Shown here: positions 50,791-61,677 of the stretch, one piece after another
Numbering within the stretch: position 1 is the stretch's first letter
Layout of the letters: each line of letters begins with the position of its first letter
From: Eledone cirrhosa
Taxonomy: Eukaryota
DNA length: 64,000 bases
NCBI GenBank assembly: GCA_964016885.1
Contig: OZ024741.1
Coordinates: 218,922,001 to 218,986,000 of the forward strand
Direction of reading: 5' to 3'
Made by a program: the position numbers and the translations under genes
Notes under the pieces: generated by a model
Told to the model about the DNA's origin: nothing
Seen by the model: the letters and a program-made list of their open reading frames with translations, nothing else
Database searches by the model: none

Positions 50791-51511
50791 TGTGTGTGTG
50801 TGTGCGTGCACCTTTATGTGTATGTATATGTACTTATGTGTGTATGTGTATGGGGTCTATGTGTTTCTATCTATGTGTGTGCATGTGTACGTGTGTGTGT
50901 TTGTATGCCCATGTATATATGTGTGTACGATGTTTGTATGTACGGGTATGAGAATGTGTGGGTATGGGCATACGTGTGTGTGTGTGTGTACGTTTGTGTC
51001 CGTGGTTGTGTATACATGTGCTGCATGTACCTGTGTATGTACGTGTATGGTTATATTAGTATTTGTGTGTATGTACATATGTCTGTGTGTACGTTTGTGA
51101 TTGTGTATACGTGTATCTGCAGGTGCCTGCGAGTGTGTGTGTACGTATGTGCATAGCTCTGCGTGTATGTGTATTCATGTATATGTATGTATATGACTCT
51201 GTGTGTGTGTACGTGTATGGGTATACTCGTATTTGTGTGTATGTGTTTGTGTGTAGGTATATTCGTATTTGTGCGTGTTTGTATGTATGTGCATGAGTCT
51301 GCGTGTATGTGTATATTCATGTATATGTATGTATATGACTGTGGTGTGTGTACGTGTATGGGTACATTCGTATGTGTGTGTGTATGTGTGTATGTTCATG
51401 GGTCTACATATATGTGTATATGCATATATATGTATATATATGTATATGTCTGTGCACCAGATAAGCAGATAAGTAACCTGCTTGTTCGGTGTACGTGACA
51501 ATCGATGCATG

Positions 51512-51591
<80 letters not shown>

Positions 51592-52189
51592 CCTGTTTAC
51601 ACACACCCACATATACCCGCACACAAGTATATATACATATAAATGTATATAGACACACACACACACGCATGCATATACATATACACATATATACATATAC
51701 ACATATACATACATATACACATACATATATATATATACACATATAGACATATATTCATATATACATGTACATAAACACACATATATATACATATACACAC
51801 ACACACACCTACATGTATATATACATACATACATATATATATATATCGGGTTCATACCTCTCTAAATATATATATATATATATATATTTAAACGATGATG
51901 ATGATATGTGTGAATTTATATGTATATATGCGTATATATATATACATCTGTATGTGTGTGTATACATATAATTTTTTAAAATCCTCACCATTAGAGAGTT
52001 GGTTTCTTAACCCAGAAATAAGACACTCGTTGAAATTTAGATAACATCAACTAGATAACTATGGATGTCTGTCTATAAGTGTTTGCATGTGTGTGCCTGT
52101 ATATGTGTGTGTGTGTGCGTGTGCGTGTGTGTGTGTGTGTGTGTTCAGAGATGCGTTTTGTTGCAAGTGTGGATCTGTATGTTTTGAGT

Positions 52190-54090
52190 CATATCTATAC
52201 ATGTGTATATATATATTTCTGTATCTAAACATGTGTATATATTTCTGTATCTAGACATGTATATATATATATATATATATATATTTGTGTATCTATACGT
52301 GTGTATACATTTCTGAGTCTATACATGTGTATATATATATTTCTGTATCTATACATGTGTATATATTTCTGTATCTATACATGTGTATATATTTCTGAAT
52401 CTATACATGTGTATATATTTCTGTATCTATACATGTGTATATATATATTTCTGTATCTATACATTTCCATATGTTTGTGTATCTATACATGTGTATATAT
52501 ATATTTCTGTATCTATACATGTGTATATATTTCTGTATCTATACATGTGTATATATATATATTTCTGTATCTATACATGTGTATATATATCTATTTCTGT
52601 ATCTATACATGTGTATATATTTCTGTATCTATACATGTGTATATATTTCTGTATCTATACATGTGTATATATATATTTCTGTGTCTATACATGTGCATAT
52701 GTTTGTGTATCTATACATGTGTATATATATATTTCTGTATCTATACATGTGTATATATATATTTCTGTATCTATACATGTGTATATATATATTTCTGTAT
52801 CTATACATGTGTATATATATATATTTCTGAATCTATACATGTGTATATATATATATATTTCTGTATCTATACATGTGTATTTATTTCTATATCTATACAT
52901 GTGTATATATATATTTCTGTATCTATACATGTATATATATATATCTGTATCTATACATGTGTATATATATATATTTCTGTATGTATACAAGCAAACTTGC
53001 TTCAAGCAAACTTTAACACCCTCTTATGTATATATATATATTTCTGTATCTATACGTGTGTATATGTTTCTGTATCTATACATGTGCATATGTTTCTGTA
53101 TCTATACATGTGTATATATGTATTTCTGTATCTATACATGTGTATATATATATTTCTGTATCTATACATGTGTATATATTTCTGTATCTATACATGTGTA
53201 TATATTTCTGAATCTATACATGTGTATATATTTCTGTATCTATACATGTGTATATATATATTTCTGTGTCTATACATGTGCATATGTTTGTGTATCTATA
53301 CATGTGTATATATATATTTCTGTATCTATACATGTGTATATATATATTTCTGTATCTATACATGTGTATATATATATTTCTGTATCTATACATGTGTATA
53401 TATATATATTTCTGAATCTATACATGTGTATATATATATATATTTCTGTATCTATACATGTGTATTTATTTCTATATCTATACATGTGTATATATATATT
53501 TCTGTATCTATACATGTATATATATATATCTGTATCTATACATGTGTATATATATATATTTCTGTATGTATACAAGCAAACTTGCTTCAAGCAAACTTTA
53601 ACACCCTCTTATGTATATATATATATTTCTGTATCTATACGTGTGTATATGTTTCTGTATCTATACATGTGCATATGTTTCTGTATCTATACATGTGTAT
53701 ATATGTATTTCTGTATCTATACATGTGTATATATATATTTGTGTATCTATACATGTGTATATATTTCTGTATCTATACATGTGTATATATTTCTGAATCT
53801 ATACATGTGTATATATATATATATATATTTCTGTATCTATACATGTGTATATATTTCTATATCTATGCATGTGTATATATATATTTCTGTATCTATACAT
53901 GTATATATATATCTGTATCTATACATGTGTATATATATATATATTTCTGTATCTATACATGTCTATATATATATTTCTGTATCTATACATGTCTATATAT
54001 ATATTTCTGTATCTATACATGTGTATATATGTATTTCTGTATCTATACATGTGTATATATATATTTCTGTATCTATACATATGTATATGC
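52190..54090. repeat. 24-32-bp AT-rich satellite with a 585-bp higher-order duplication
   Basis: Unit TTTCTGTATCTATACATGTG(TA)n; unique marker CAAGCAAACTTGCTTCAAGCAAACTTTAACACCCTCTT at 52988 and 53573. Confidence 0.9.
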
Positions 54091-54239
54091 AGTTATTACA
54101 TCCTGAAATGTTTTACATATTTTTACTGTTCCATTAACAGACTGTACTTGCAACTTCCTAACTAGTCGTGTTATTTTTAGTTCTGTGAAACCCAACTTCT
54201 CAAGATTTGAACCGAGGCAGTTAGTAACACTTGGAATTC

Positions 54240-54770
54240 ACATCATCAGTCTGGAACTCCTATCTTGCTCAGAACATTGACCTCCTGGAAACTGTTCAGA
54301 GATGTGCAACCAAGTGCATACCCTCCATCAGACACCTACCATACTCTGAACGCCTTGCTTCCCTGGACATGGATTCATTGAAGCACTGGCAACTGACTTG
54401 GTAAACACCCACAAAATTATTAACCATCTTGCCAACAACAACCCTGAGCACCTTTTTGATTTCCATATGCCTAACATGGGTGGGCATGCCTACAAAATCA
54501 GAAAACAGCACAGCTCCCATGACTTTCGGAAACATTTTTTCACGCTTAGAATTGCTGAAGCAAGGAACAAACTGCCTGCATCAGTTGTTAGCTGTCGAGA
54601 CACTGCATCCTTTAAAACCCTCATGCTTCCCGAAATTCGCCAAAACTACACCTGATGTACCACTTCCATACACATGCACACTACTCTATGTATTATACTA
54701 TACATACACTTTTGATGAGTTGTAGTGCACCTGAGCACTGTAGAAAATATTTTCATTATTATCATTATTA
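54240..54770 (+). mobile_element. CR1-group LINE 3' fragment
   Basis: GHAYKIRKQHSSHDFRKHFFTLRIAEARNKLPASVVSCRDTASFK; (ATT) tail. Confidence 0.85.
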
Positions 54771-55013
54771 TATCCCAGCGCCTCAAAGATCACAGGTTCA
54801 AATCTAACGTTATAGTTCATGATGGAGTATCTGCAGATTCTTCATTAGTTCAGCAGAAATGTTCCTCTTTTCCCCAATTTTTAAGACCACTAAAAACACC
54901 TGTTGGGCAGCTGATCTCCACTGCTGTACATACCTTCTTTTCTCTGTTCCATATCATTATGTCTGATCTGTTATGTTTACATTTTACTGAGGTTTGCACT
55001 GGAACATTCCACC

Positions 55014-58000
55014 CATCATCATCATCATCATCATCATCATCACCGTTTTACGTCCGTTCTTCCACGCTAGCATGGGTTAGACGGGTTGTCCTGTTGTGGG
55101 CAGTGTCTGGTCGGCTGACCATGCCTTGCTCATACAGGAACTGATCTGGCTTGATTTCTACAGCTGGATGCCCTTCCTAACACCAACCTCATTTACAGTG
55201 AGTGCTGGGTGCTTTTTCGTGGCGCCTACACGTCCACTTTACAGTGTGGGCTGGGTGCTTTTTTGCCGTGGCACCTCCACGACCACCTTGCGGTGGGGGG
55301 GGGGCATATTGTTTATATGCTTCAGCATGTACCCATGGGAGGTCGGGTACCCTGTATTACTGCGTGACGCCAGAAGTCACGGTCGTGTGTCATTGACTTT
55401 GAGAGGTGTAGTTGGGTAAGGTCGGCTTTTATCACCTCATCCCAAGTCATCTTGGGTCTCCCCACTCCGCGGTTTCCATCAACTTCTAGTGCTCTGCACC
55501 TTTTTATGCAGCTGTCATCCTTCATACGCATCACATGTCCATACCAGCGTAACCGCCTCTCCTGCACGCAGCATTTGATTCCTCTTATGCTCAGTCTCTC
55601 TCTCAATTCATTTATGCTTTGTCGTTCACGTATATTACTGTTACACATCCATCGGAGCATGCAGGCTTCGTTTCTCTCTAATCTACGTAAGTCTTCCACC
55701 TTCAGCGCCCAGGTCTCACTACCATGCAACATCGCTGTTCGGATACACGCATCATACAGTCTGCCTTTCATTCTGAGGGAGAAGCCTTTTGCAGCTAGCA
55801 GTGGTAGTAGTTCCCTAAACTTCTTCCATCCCGTTCTTACCCTAGTTATTGTACTTTCTGAGCACCCACCTCCGTTGCTAATTCGGTCACCTAGGTAGCA
55901 GAAGCTGTCTACTGTTTCTACAGGGCCCTCCCAGAGATTGGTGGTACTTGTTTCCTGTGGCTGTTTGCTTGCTGTTTCAGCACAGCTACTGCATGTGAAT
56001 CCTACATTCTTAATTAAGCTTCCTGAGATCCCGCTACATCTCTTGTGTACCCATTGTTTGCATTTGGGGCAAAGAATGGAGTTCCTACCTACACCTTTCC
56101 TACATACTGAGCAAGGCCATTTCCCTGAGGGGATCTGGGTTCTGTTTTCTCGTCTACTTATAAGGACCTTAGTCTTTGTCATGTTGACTTTGAGGCCCTT
56201 TCTCTCTAGTCCCTGCTTCCAGGTTTGGAATTTATTCTCTAGTTCTACCATAGATTCAGCTATGAGTGCGAGGTCATCAGCATACAGGAGTTCCCATGGG
56301 CATCCGGTCTTAAACTCCTCCGTTATTGCCTGCAGGACTATGATGAACAGGAGAGGGCTAAGAACAGAGCCCTGGTGGACCCCAACCTGTACGCTAAATT
56401 CCTCGCTATACTCATTGCCAATCCTAACTTTGCTGACTGCTCCCCTATACATGGCTTGTACCGCTTTCACAAGCCATTCATCTACTCCTAGTTTTCTAAG
56501 AGCCCACCAGATTACTGCACGTGGAACTCTGTCAAAGGCTTTCTCAAGGTCGACAAATGCCAAGTAGAGTGGCTTACTTTTAGCTAGGTACTTTTCCTGT
56601 AATTGCCTCACAAGGAAGAGCGCATCAGTGGTGCCTTTCCCTGGTACAAACCCAAATTGCATCTCGTCTATATTCACCCGGTCCCTAATCAGCTGTGCTA
56701 TAACTCTTTCTGTTACTTTCATGACCTGGTCCATCAACTTTATACCTCTATAGTTTCCTCTATCTAGTGCATCGCCTTTACCTTTGTAGCAGTTGACAAT
56801 GATGCTACTGCACCAATCTTTTGGTATGGCCCCCTCTAGTATTACCTGGTTAACGATACGTGTGGTTATAGTGTGACCTACAGACCCAGATGCCTTCAGC
56901 ATCTCGGCAGCTATACCCGATGGACCGGTTGCCTTCCCTATCTTCATATCTCTGATTGCCTTACTTACTACGCTGCCGCTGACTTGTATTGCTGGTCCCT
57001 CTATAGGGTCTACGTGGGGTAGGGTCTCTTCTTCCCATGCATTCTCCTCATTTAGTAATCTATCATAATGACTCTTCCATGCATCTTTCTTCTCAGCACT
57101 TGTGAGGGCAAGCTCACCTTTATCATTCCGGATACACTTCTCTCCAATGACATCACAACTATCTCTGACACACTGCCTCGCAATCTTGAATACCTCCTGT
57201 TTCTGGTCCTCACGTTGTAAAACATGCTTGAATTTTCTATCCTCTGCTTCCCTCCTAGCTAAGTATACTTGTCGCCTAGCTTCCCTCTTGGTCTCTATGT
57301 AATGTACCCTGCTCCCCCCGTTCTTCCATTCTTTCCATGCCTGTCTCTTGGCCTTGACTGCTTCATCTACCTTATTGTTCCACCACCAAGTCACTCTCCT
57401 CCTGCTTGAGGTCTTACTCCAGCCACAAACCTCATCCGTCGCCTCTAGTAAGTTATTTTTTAGGAACTCCCAGTTCTCTTCTACGTTAAATGTCTCTGTC
57501 TGTTCTTCTTTACTGTCGTAGGCGTTGAGTAAAATATCTTTAAATCTGTTACTGGTTGAGGGGACTTTCAGCTTCCAGATCTTTCTTCTCCAGGTTGGCC
57601 TCTGTTTCAGGGCTCGTCTAGTTCTGACCGTGAGGTCGCTGACAACTAAGCTATGTTGGGATGTACATTCCTCACTAGGGAAGGCTTTTGTGTTTACGAC
57701 CGTCCATCTGTCACGTCCTCTGATGAGGATAAAATCTAACTGACTAGAGTGCTCCCCTGATCTATAGGTGATCAGGTGGTTGTCGGGTTTTTTAAAGTTT
57801 GTGTTACATATCGACATGTCATTGGCGTCGCAGAATTCTAGAAGTCTGAATCCTTCCTCATTCCTTGTGCCAACTCCATGGCCTCCATGTACTCTATTGA
57901 AGCCGTCGCAGTGTTTACCTACGTGTCCGTTAAAATCTCCTGCAATGATTAGGAAGTCCTTGTCGTCTGTTAGAGCAGTAGTGTGTATTAGGGACTCGTA

Positions 58001-58620
58001 AAACCTATCCTTAAGTTCGTCTGGCAGCCCCGATTGGGGTGCGTAAGCTGATATTATTGTGGTAATTGTCTTATTCAGGACTAGTCTGAGTTTAATGATT
58101 CTTGCATTTACCCTGTACACTGAGATTACTTTATCTACCCACTTGTCAGCTAATAGTATACCTACACCACCCATCCCATCGTCATTTCCCACCCAGAAAA
58201 ATTTGTAGCACTGGCTTTTTCCTACAAGGACTCTAGCAGACCCTCCTCTCCATCTAGTCTCTTGCACACAGCATACATCAACTTCCTTTCGCTCTAGCAT
58301 TTCTACGATTTCTCCTGCTCTTCCTTTCATTGAGCCTACATTGATGGTACCAACTCGGAGTTTTGGGCATTTGTCGACACTCGTAGGGGAGGGTCTCTGG
58401 GTTGGCGCTTCACGTGGGTGCTTGGTAGCTCGCAGATTCATATTTCATCTATTGATTCAGAGTTGCTCGTGTATTCCCAGCTCATCCATCCATAACGGTG
58501 GGAAAATTGAGGGCTAGAAGGACAGTGGTGGTGGGGTAATGGCAGGGTGTGTTGGGATGCGCCAGAGGAGGAGAGAGTTAGTTAGGCAGGTAGTAGCAGC
58601 AGCAGCAGTGGAAATGGCAT
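55014..58620 (-). mobile_element. RTE-clade LINE, apparently intact, with (GAT)n tail
   Basis: Single 1039-aa ORF; 3' UTR 55042-55321; (GAT)n tail 55014-55041; 5' boundary and TSD not resolved. Confidence 0.9.
55322..58441 (-). CDS. RTE LINE polyprotein: APE endonuclease, reverse transcriptase and PHD-like finger
   Basis: GTINVG, VQETRW, SAYAPQ, AGDFNGHVG, QLDF, SQH; NYRGIKL, QFGF, DLEKAFDRVP, GVHQGSVLSPLLF, LYADDL; CSVC-CPKC-H-C-CSSC. Confidence 0.95.
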   Translation of the reverse strand: MNLRATKHPREAPTQRPSPTSVDKCPKLRVGTINVGSMKGRAGEIVEMLERKEVDVCCVQETRWRGGSARVLVGKSQCYKFFWVGNDDGMGGVGILLADKWVDKVISVYRVNARIIKLRLVLNKTITTIISAYAPQSGLPDELKDRFYESLIHTTALTDDKDFLIIAGDFNGHVGKHCDGFNRVHGGHGVGTRNEEGFRLLEFCDANDMSICNTNFKKPDNHLITYRSGEHSSQLDFILIRGRDRWTVVNTKAFPSEECTSQHSLVVSDLTVRTRRALKQRPTWRRKIWKLKVPSTSNRFKDILLNAYDSKEEQTETFNVEENWEFLKNNLLEATDEVCGWSKTSSRRRVTWWWNNKVDEAVKAKRQAWKEWKNGGSRVHYIETKREARRQVYLARREAEDRKFKHVLQREDQKQEVFKIARQCVRDSCDVIGEKCIRNDKGELALTSAEKKDAWKSHYDRLLNEENAWEEETLPHVDPIEGPAIQVSGSVVSKAIRDMKIGKATGPSGIAAEMLKASGSVGHTITTRIVNQVILEGAIPKDWCSSIIVNCYKGKGDALDRGNYRGIKLMDQVMKVTERVIAQLIRDRVNIDEMQFGFVPGKGTTDALFLVRQLQEKYLAKSKPLYLAFVDLEKAFDRVPRAVIWWALRKLGVDEWLVKAVQAMYRGAVSKVRIGNEYSEEFSVQVGVHQGSVLSPLLFIIVLQAITEEFKTGCPWELLYADDLALIAESMVELENKFQTWKQGLERKGLKVNMTKTKVLISRRENRTQIPSGKWPCSVCRKGVGRNSILCPKCKQWVHKRCSGISGSLIKNVGFTCSSCAETASKQPQETSTTNLWEGPVETVDSFCYLGDRISNGGGCSESTITRVRTGWKKFRELLPLLAAKGFSLRMKGRLYDACIRTAMLHGSETWALKVEDLRRLERNEACMLRWMCNSNIRERQSINELRERLSIRGIKCCVQERRLRWYGHVMRMKDDSCIKRCRALEVDGNRGVGRPKMTWDEVIKADLTQLHLSKSMTHDRDFWRHAVIQGTRPPMGTC

Positions 58621-58979
58621 GCTAGGTTTGATTGGTCGAATAGACTATGGTGGTGTGTGGGGGTGGGGGGGAGGGAAATTGTGAGGTAGGAACTGAGGGT
58701 CGCATGGTAAATATCCAAGTTAATACTACATCAGTAAAATTAACAATAATAACGTCATGAAAAAAACTACTAAGAGAAACCCTCGAAAATTTATCGCTAA
58801 TACAGCAGGGAAAATTTAACGCTAATACAGCAGGGAACATCATAATATTAACGACAATATGTAGGCTAAAATACCTTCGTATACACTTTTTTTTTCAGTT
58901 TGCCCTTAATATCACTGTAACCCTTAGTACAGATTGCATTATATAGTCTTTTGGCCTCCCCATCATACCTCATAGATAG

Positions 58980-59172
58980 AATAATTGTTTCTACTTTTGG
59001 CACAAGGCCAGCAATTACTCAGTGTATTACTGGTACTTTATTTTATCGACCCCGTAAGGATGAAAGGCAAAGTTAACCTTGGCGGGATTTGAACCCAGAA
59101 TGGCAAGGGCCATAACTCTATGCATCAAAGCATGGTGCCTGACGCTCTACCGATACTGCCAATCTACCACCC
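58980..59172 (-). mobile_element. full-length Meta-type SINE
   Basis: Same family as 26194; flanked by an imperfect TSD CCTCATAG(A/G)TAGA. Confidence 0.8.
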
Positions 59173-59199
59173 TCATAGGTAGATAATAATGATGACATC

Positions 59200-60560
59200 T
59201 TTGGACAGCTACTTATGATGTGGGTGACATCCTTGCAGTTAAAGTTCTATAGAGTCTGCCTCTGTTGTCACATCTAGGTATTTTAGCTACATCCCTATCT
59301 CTTTTTTGCTTCAGGTGTTTTGTGAATATTTTCTGTTCTTGGATTCCAAACATATCCTTCAACTGCCCCAACTTAGGCATAGAGCCTGTCACCCTCACCC
59401 CTTCCCCCTCTCTTTCTAATAGTGCTTGCTCTTTCCCTCCATTTCTTCTCATTTCTGGTATTTATAGTCCTTTCCTTTACTTTCCTATACAGCCAAATCT
59501 GCCCTTCTTTTCCGCTTCCCCCCTTTATATAATTAATGATGAAAACTTAATAAATTCTTCCTCAAAAGAAAAAAGAAAAAATACCAGTTGTTGGTCGAAG
59601 AGTATTCCTCAAGAAGCTCCTTCCAACTCTCATGATGTTATCTGCCTCATGTAGACAGATTTGTTCTATAGACCAGCTCTTACAATTGGTGGTTTGTAGA
59701 TCTCATCGGAGGAATATATGTGACACTGAAATGCTGTTTAGATTGATGCTAAACCTCTGCCTCCTTGTTTACATTTCAGATAGAGGCAGTCTATATCACT
59801 GTTGATGTGGAAATTTCAGGTGTTAGTTAGAACTTTTCAGGTTTTAATATGAATAGCTCAGATCTCATCTAGCATCCAGTCAAGTAGTCCAAATGCTGGT
59901 GTCAGCACAGACACACCAAACACATTGTGGGACACTGATTTATTGTCTGCAGAGAGTTCCGAAGACCATATTTTTCTTATTCAGACATTATATTCCCTAG
60001 TTACTCGTTTCTTGTTACAAATACCATAATAGGATATACTGTCATCTATCCCTAATTATCTGTAGCAGGTCTCGTCAGATATTGGTGAAACAGACAGGCC
60101 ATTGATAGAGATGTTGTTAGACTGGTTTGTAGTTTTTCCTCACTTTACAATCATATAGGAACATTTCTCCTGTTCAAACTCAATTCTTATATCTTTGAAG
60201 TATGTTGTAACCAAGTCAGAGGTTTTCTTTATACCATTTATGTTCTTATACACTTTCAGATTATCCACAAAGAGACTGTGTGCTAAGTTAGTGTTTCTTG
60301 CCTCCTGTAGACTAATTATGCACCCTCCATATTTCCTGAGCCTAGAGGATAAGTGGTTTACTGACAGTATAAATAGCATTGTAGAGAGATTACCTCCTTG
60401 AAATATCCCACTGCAATACTTTCTGTCACTGACAATATAGTTCTCCTTCTCTGTATTTAACTTCAGCGTAGTGGCTCAGGCTGAAGATAGGTTTATAGCT
60501 CTGGTGATGGTATCTGGGACTTTAGCAAATCAAAAGCCCTCTAGCATTTCAGAGTCGAAA
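59200..60560 (-). pseudogene. degraded R4/Dong-like LINE RT
   Basis: GIFQGGNLS..LFILSVN.LS, HSLFVDNLKVY, EKC, HINSDIDCLYLKCKQGGRGL. Confidence 0.7.
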
Positions 60561-60769
60561 ACCTTTTTGTATCCAGCCTCAAAGTATTCTGAAGCATCCC
60601 AGATGACATTTGGTGATCCAGAGGAAGTACATCCACTGCCCCACCCCCATCACAGACAGTCAACAAAGAATACTATGTAGAGGTTTTGAGGCAGTTCAGA
60701 AAGAGATTTTGTCGTAAGAGACGAGAAATCTTCAAGTCTGGTCAAGTCTGGTCAGTGCCACAAATCCAT

Positions 60770-60955
60770 CTTGGCTGGTATAGGGGTCACGGCTGTCCCG
60801 CATCCTCCCTACAACCCAGACTTAGCCCCTCGTGACTTCTGGATGTTCCAGAAGCTGAAGGAGAAGCTCAGAGGTATCTGCTTTGAGGATGTTGAGGAGA
60901 TGAAGGTGGCTGTGACAAGTGCCCTGGACACCTTCACATGAGAGGACTTCAACTG
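60770..60955 (+). pseudogene. mariner transposase C-terminal remnant
   Basis: VPHPPYNPDLAPRDFWMFQKLKEKLRG..FEDVEEMK (YSPDLAPxD motif). Confidence 0.85.
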
Positions 60956-61060
60956 GAGTAATGTGAAATAAAGTGTTACTCATTGACACAACACATCACC
61001 TGGTGCAGGAACCGAACTCACAACCTCTGAATTGTAAGTCCAAGCTCTAACCACTAAGCC
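60955..61060 (-). mobile_element. CORE-type SINE fragment
   Basis: GTGAAATAAAGTG...CGAACTCACAACC...CTCTAACCACT. Confidence 0.6.
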
Positions 61061-61085
61061 ATATATATATATATCGCTCGAGGGC

Positions 61086-61406
61086 GATGACACACGACTG
61101 TGACCTCTGGCGTCACACAGTAATACAGAAGACCCGACTTCCCACAGGAACAAGCCGAAGCTGAAGCATATAGACAATATGCCCCCAGCCCCCTCCCATT
61201 GGGTGCCACGGCAAAAAAGCACCCAGCACTCACTGTAAATGAGGTTGGTGTTAGGAAGGGCATCCAGATGTAGAAATCAAGCCAGAATCAGTTCCCGTAT
61301 GAGCAAGACAAGGTCAGCCGACTGGACACAGCTCACAACAGGACAACCCGTCTAACCTATGCTAGCGTGGAAGAACGGACGTAAGACGGTGATGATGATG
61401 ATGATC
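61086..61406 (+). mobile_element. 5'-truncated copy of the RTE LINE 3' end
   Basis: Reverse-complement match to 55014-55392, ending in (GAT)n. Confidence 0.85.
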
Positions 61407-61677
61407 ATAATATATATATGACCAAAAGTTTATATGGTTCTTTGATTATTCAACGAATTGATTTTTACAGCAGATTAGAAGCACTCGACAGAAATTTATC
61501 TGGAGTATCCTTAATATTCATAATATTAATAAATGAGAAATACTTTCACATAACGAAAGTATATATTTTATTATATATATTTCAAGGGTAAAGTGGTTTT
61601 TGAGTACGCTTTCATCAGATAAAACACAAGAAATTGGTTATTCAACACACCGCTATGGTCTTGATATATATATATAT

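Noticed and set aside
48474-51991. Many overlapping ORFs
   Set aside because: Simple-repeat artefacts (AAC, GT, TA)
52301-54137. 601-aa and 584-aa ORFs
   Set aside because: Translations of an AT-rich satellite (Y/I/C/V repeats)
58442-58860. HDV-like ribozyme expected at the RTE 5' end
   Set aside because: Could not fold a nested double pseudoknot by eye, and the 5' boundary is undefined
61597-61625. Minus-strand CUGAUGAAAGCGUACUC
   Set aside because: Stem II is entirely missing; at best a deleted relic
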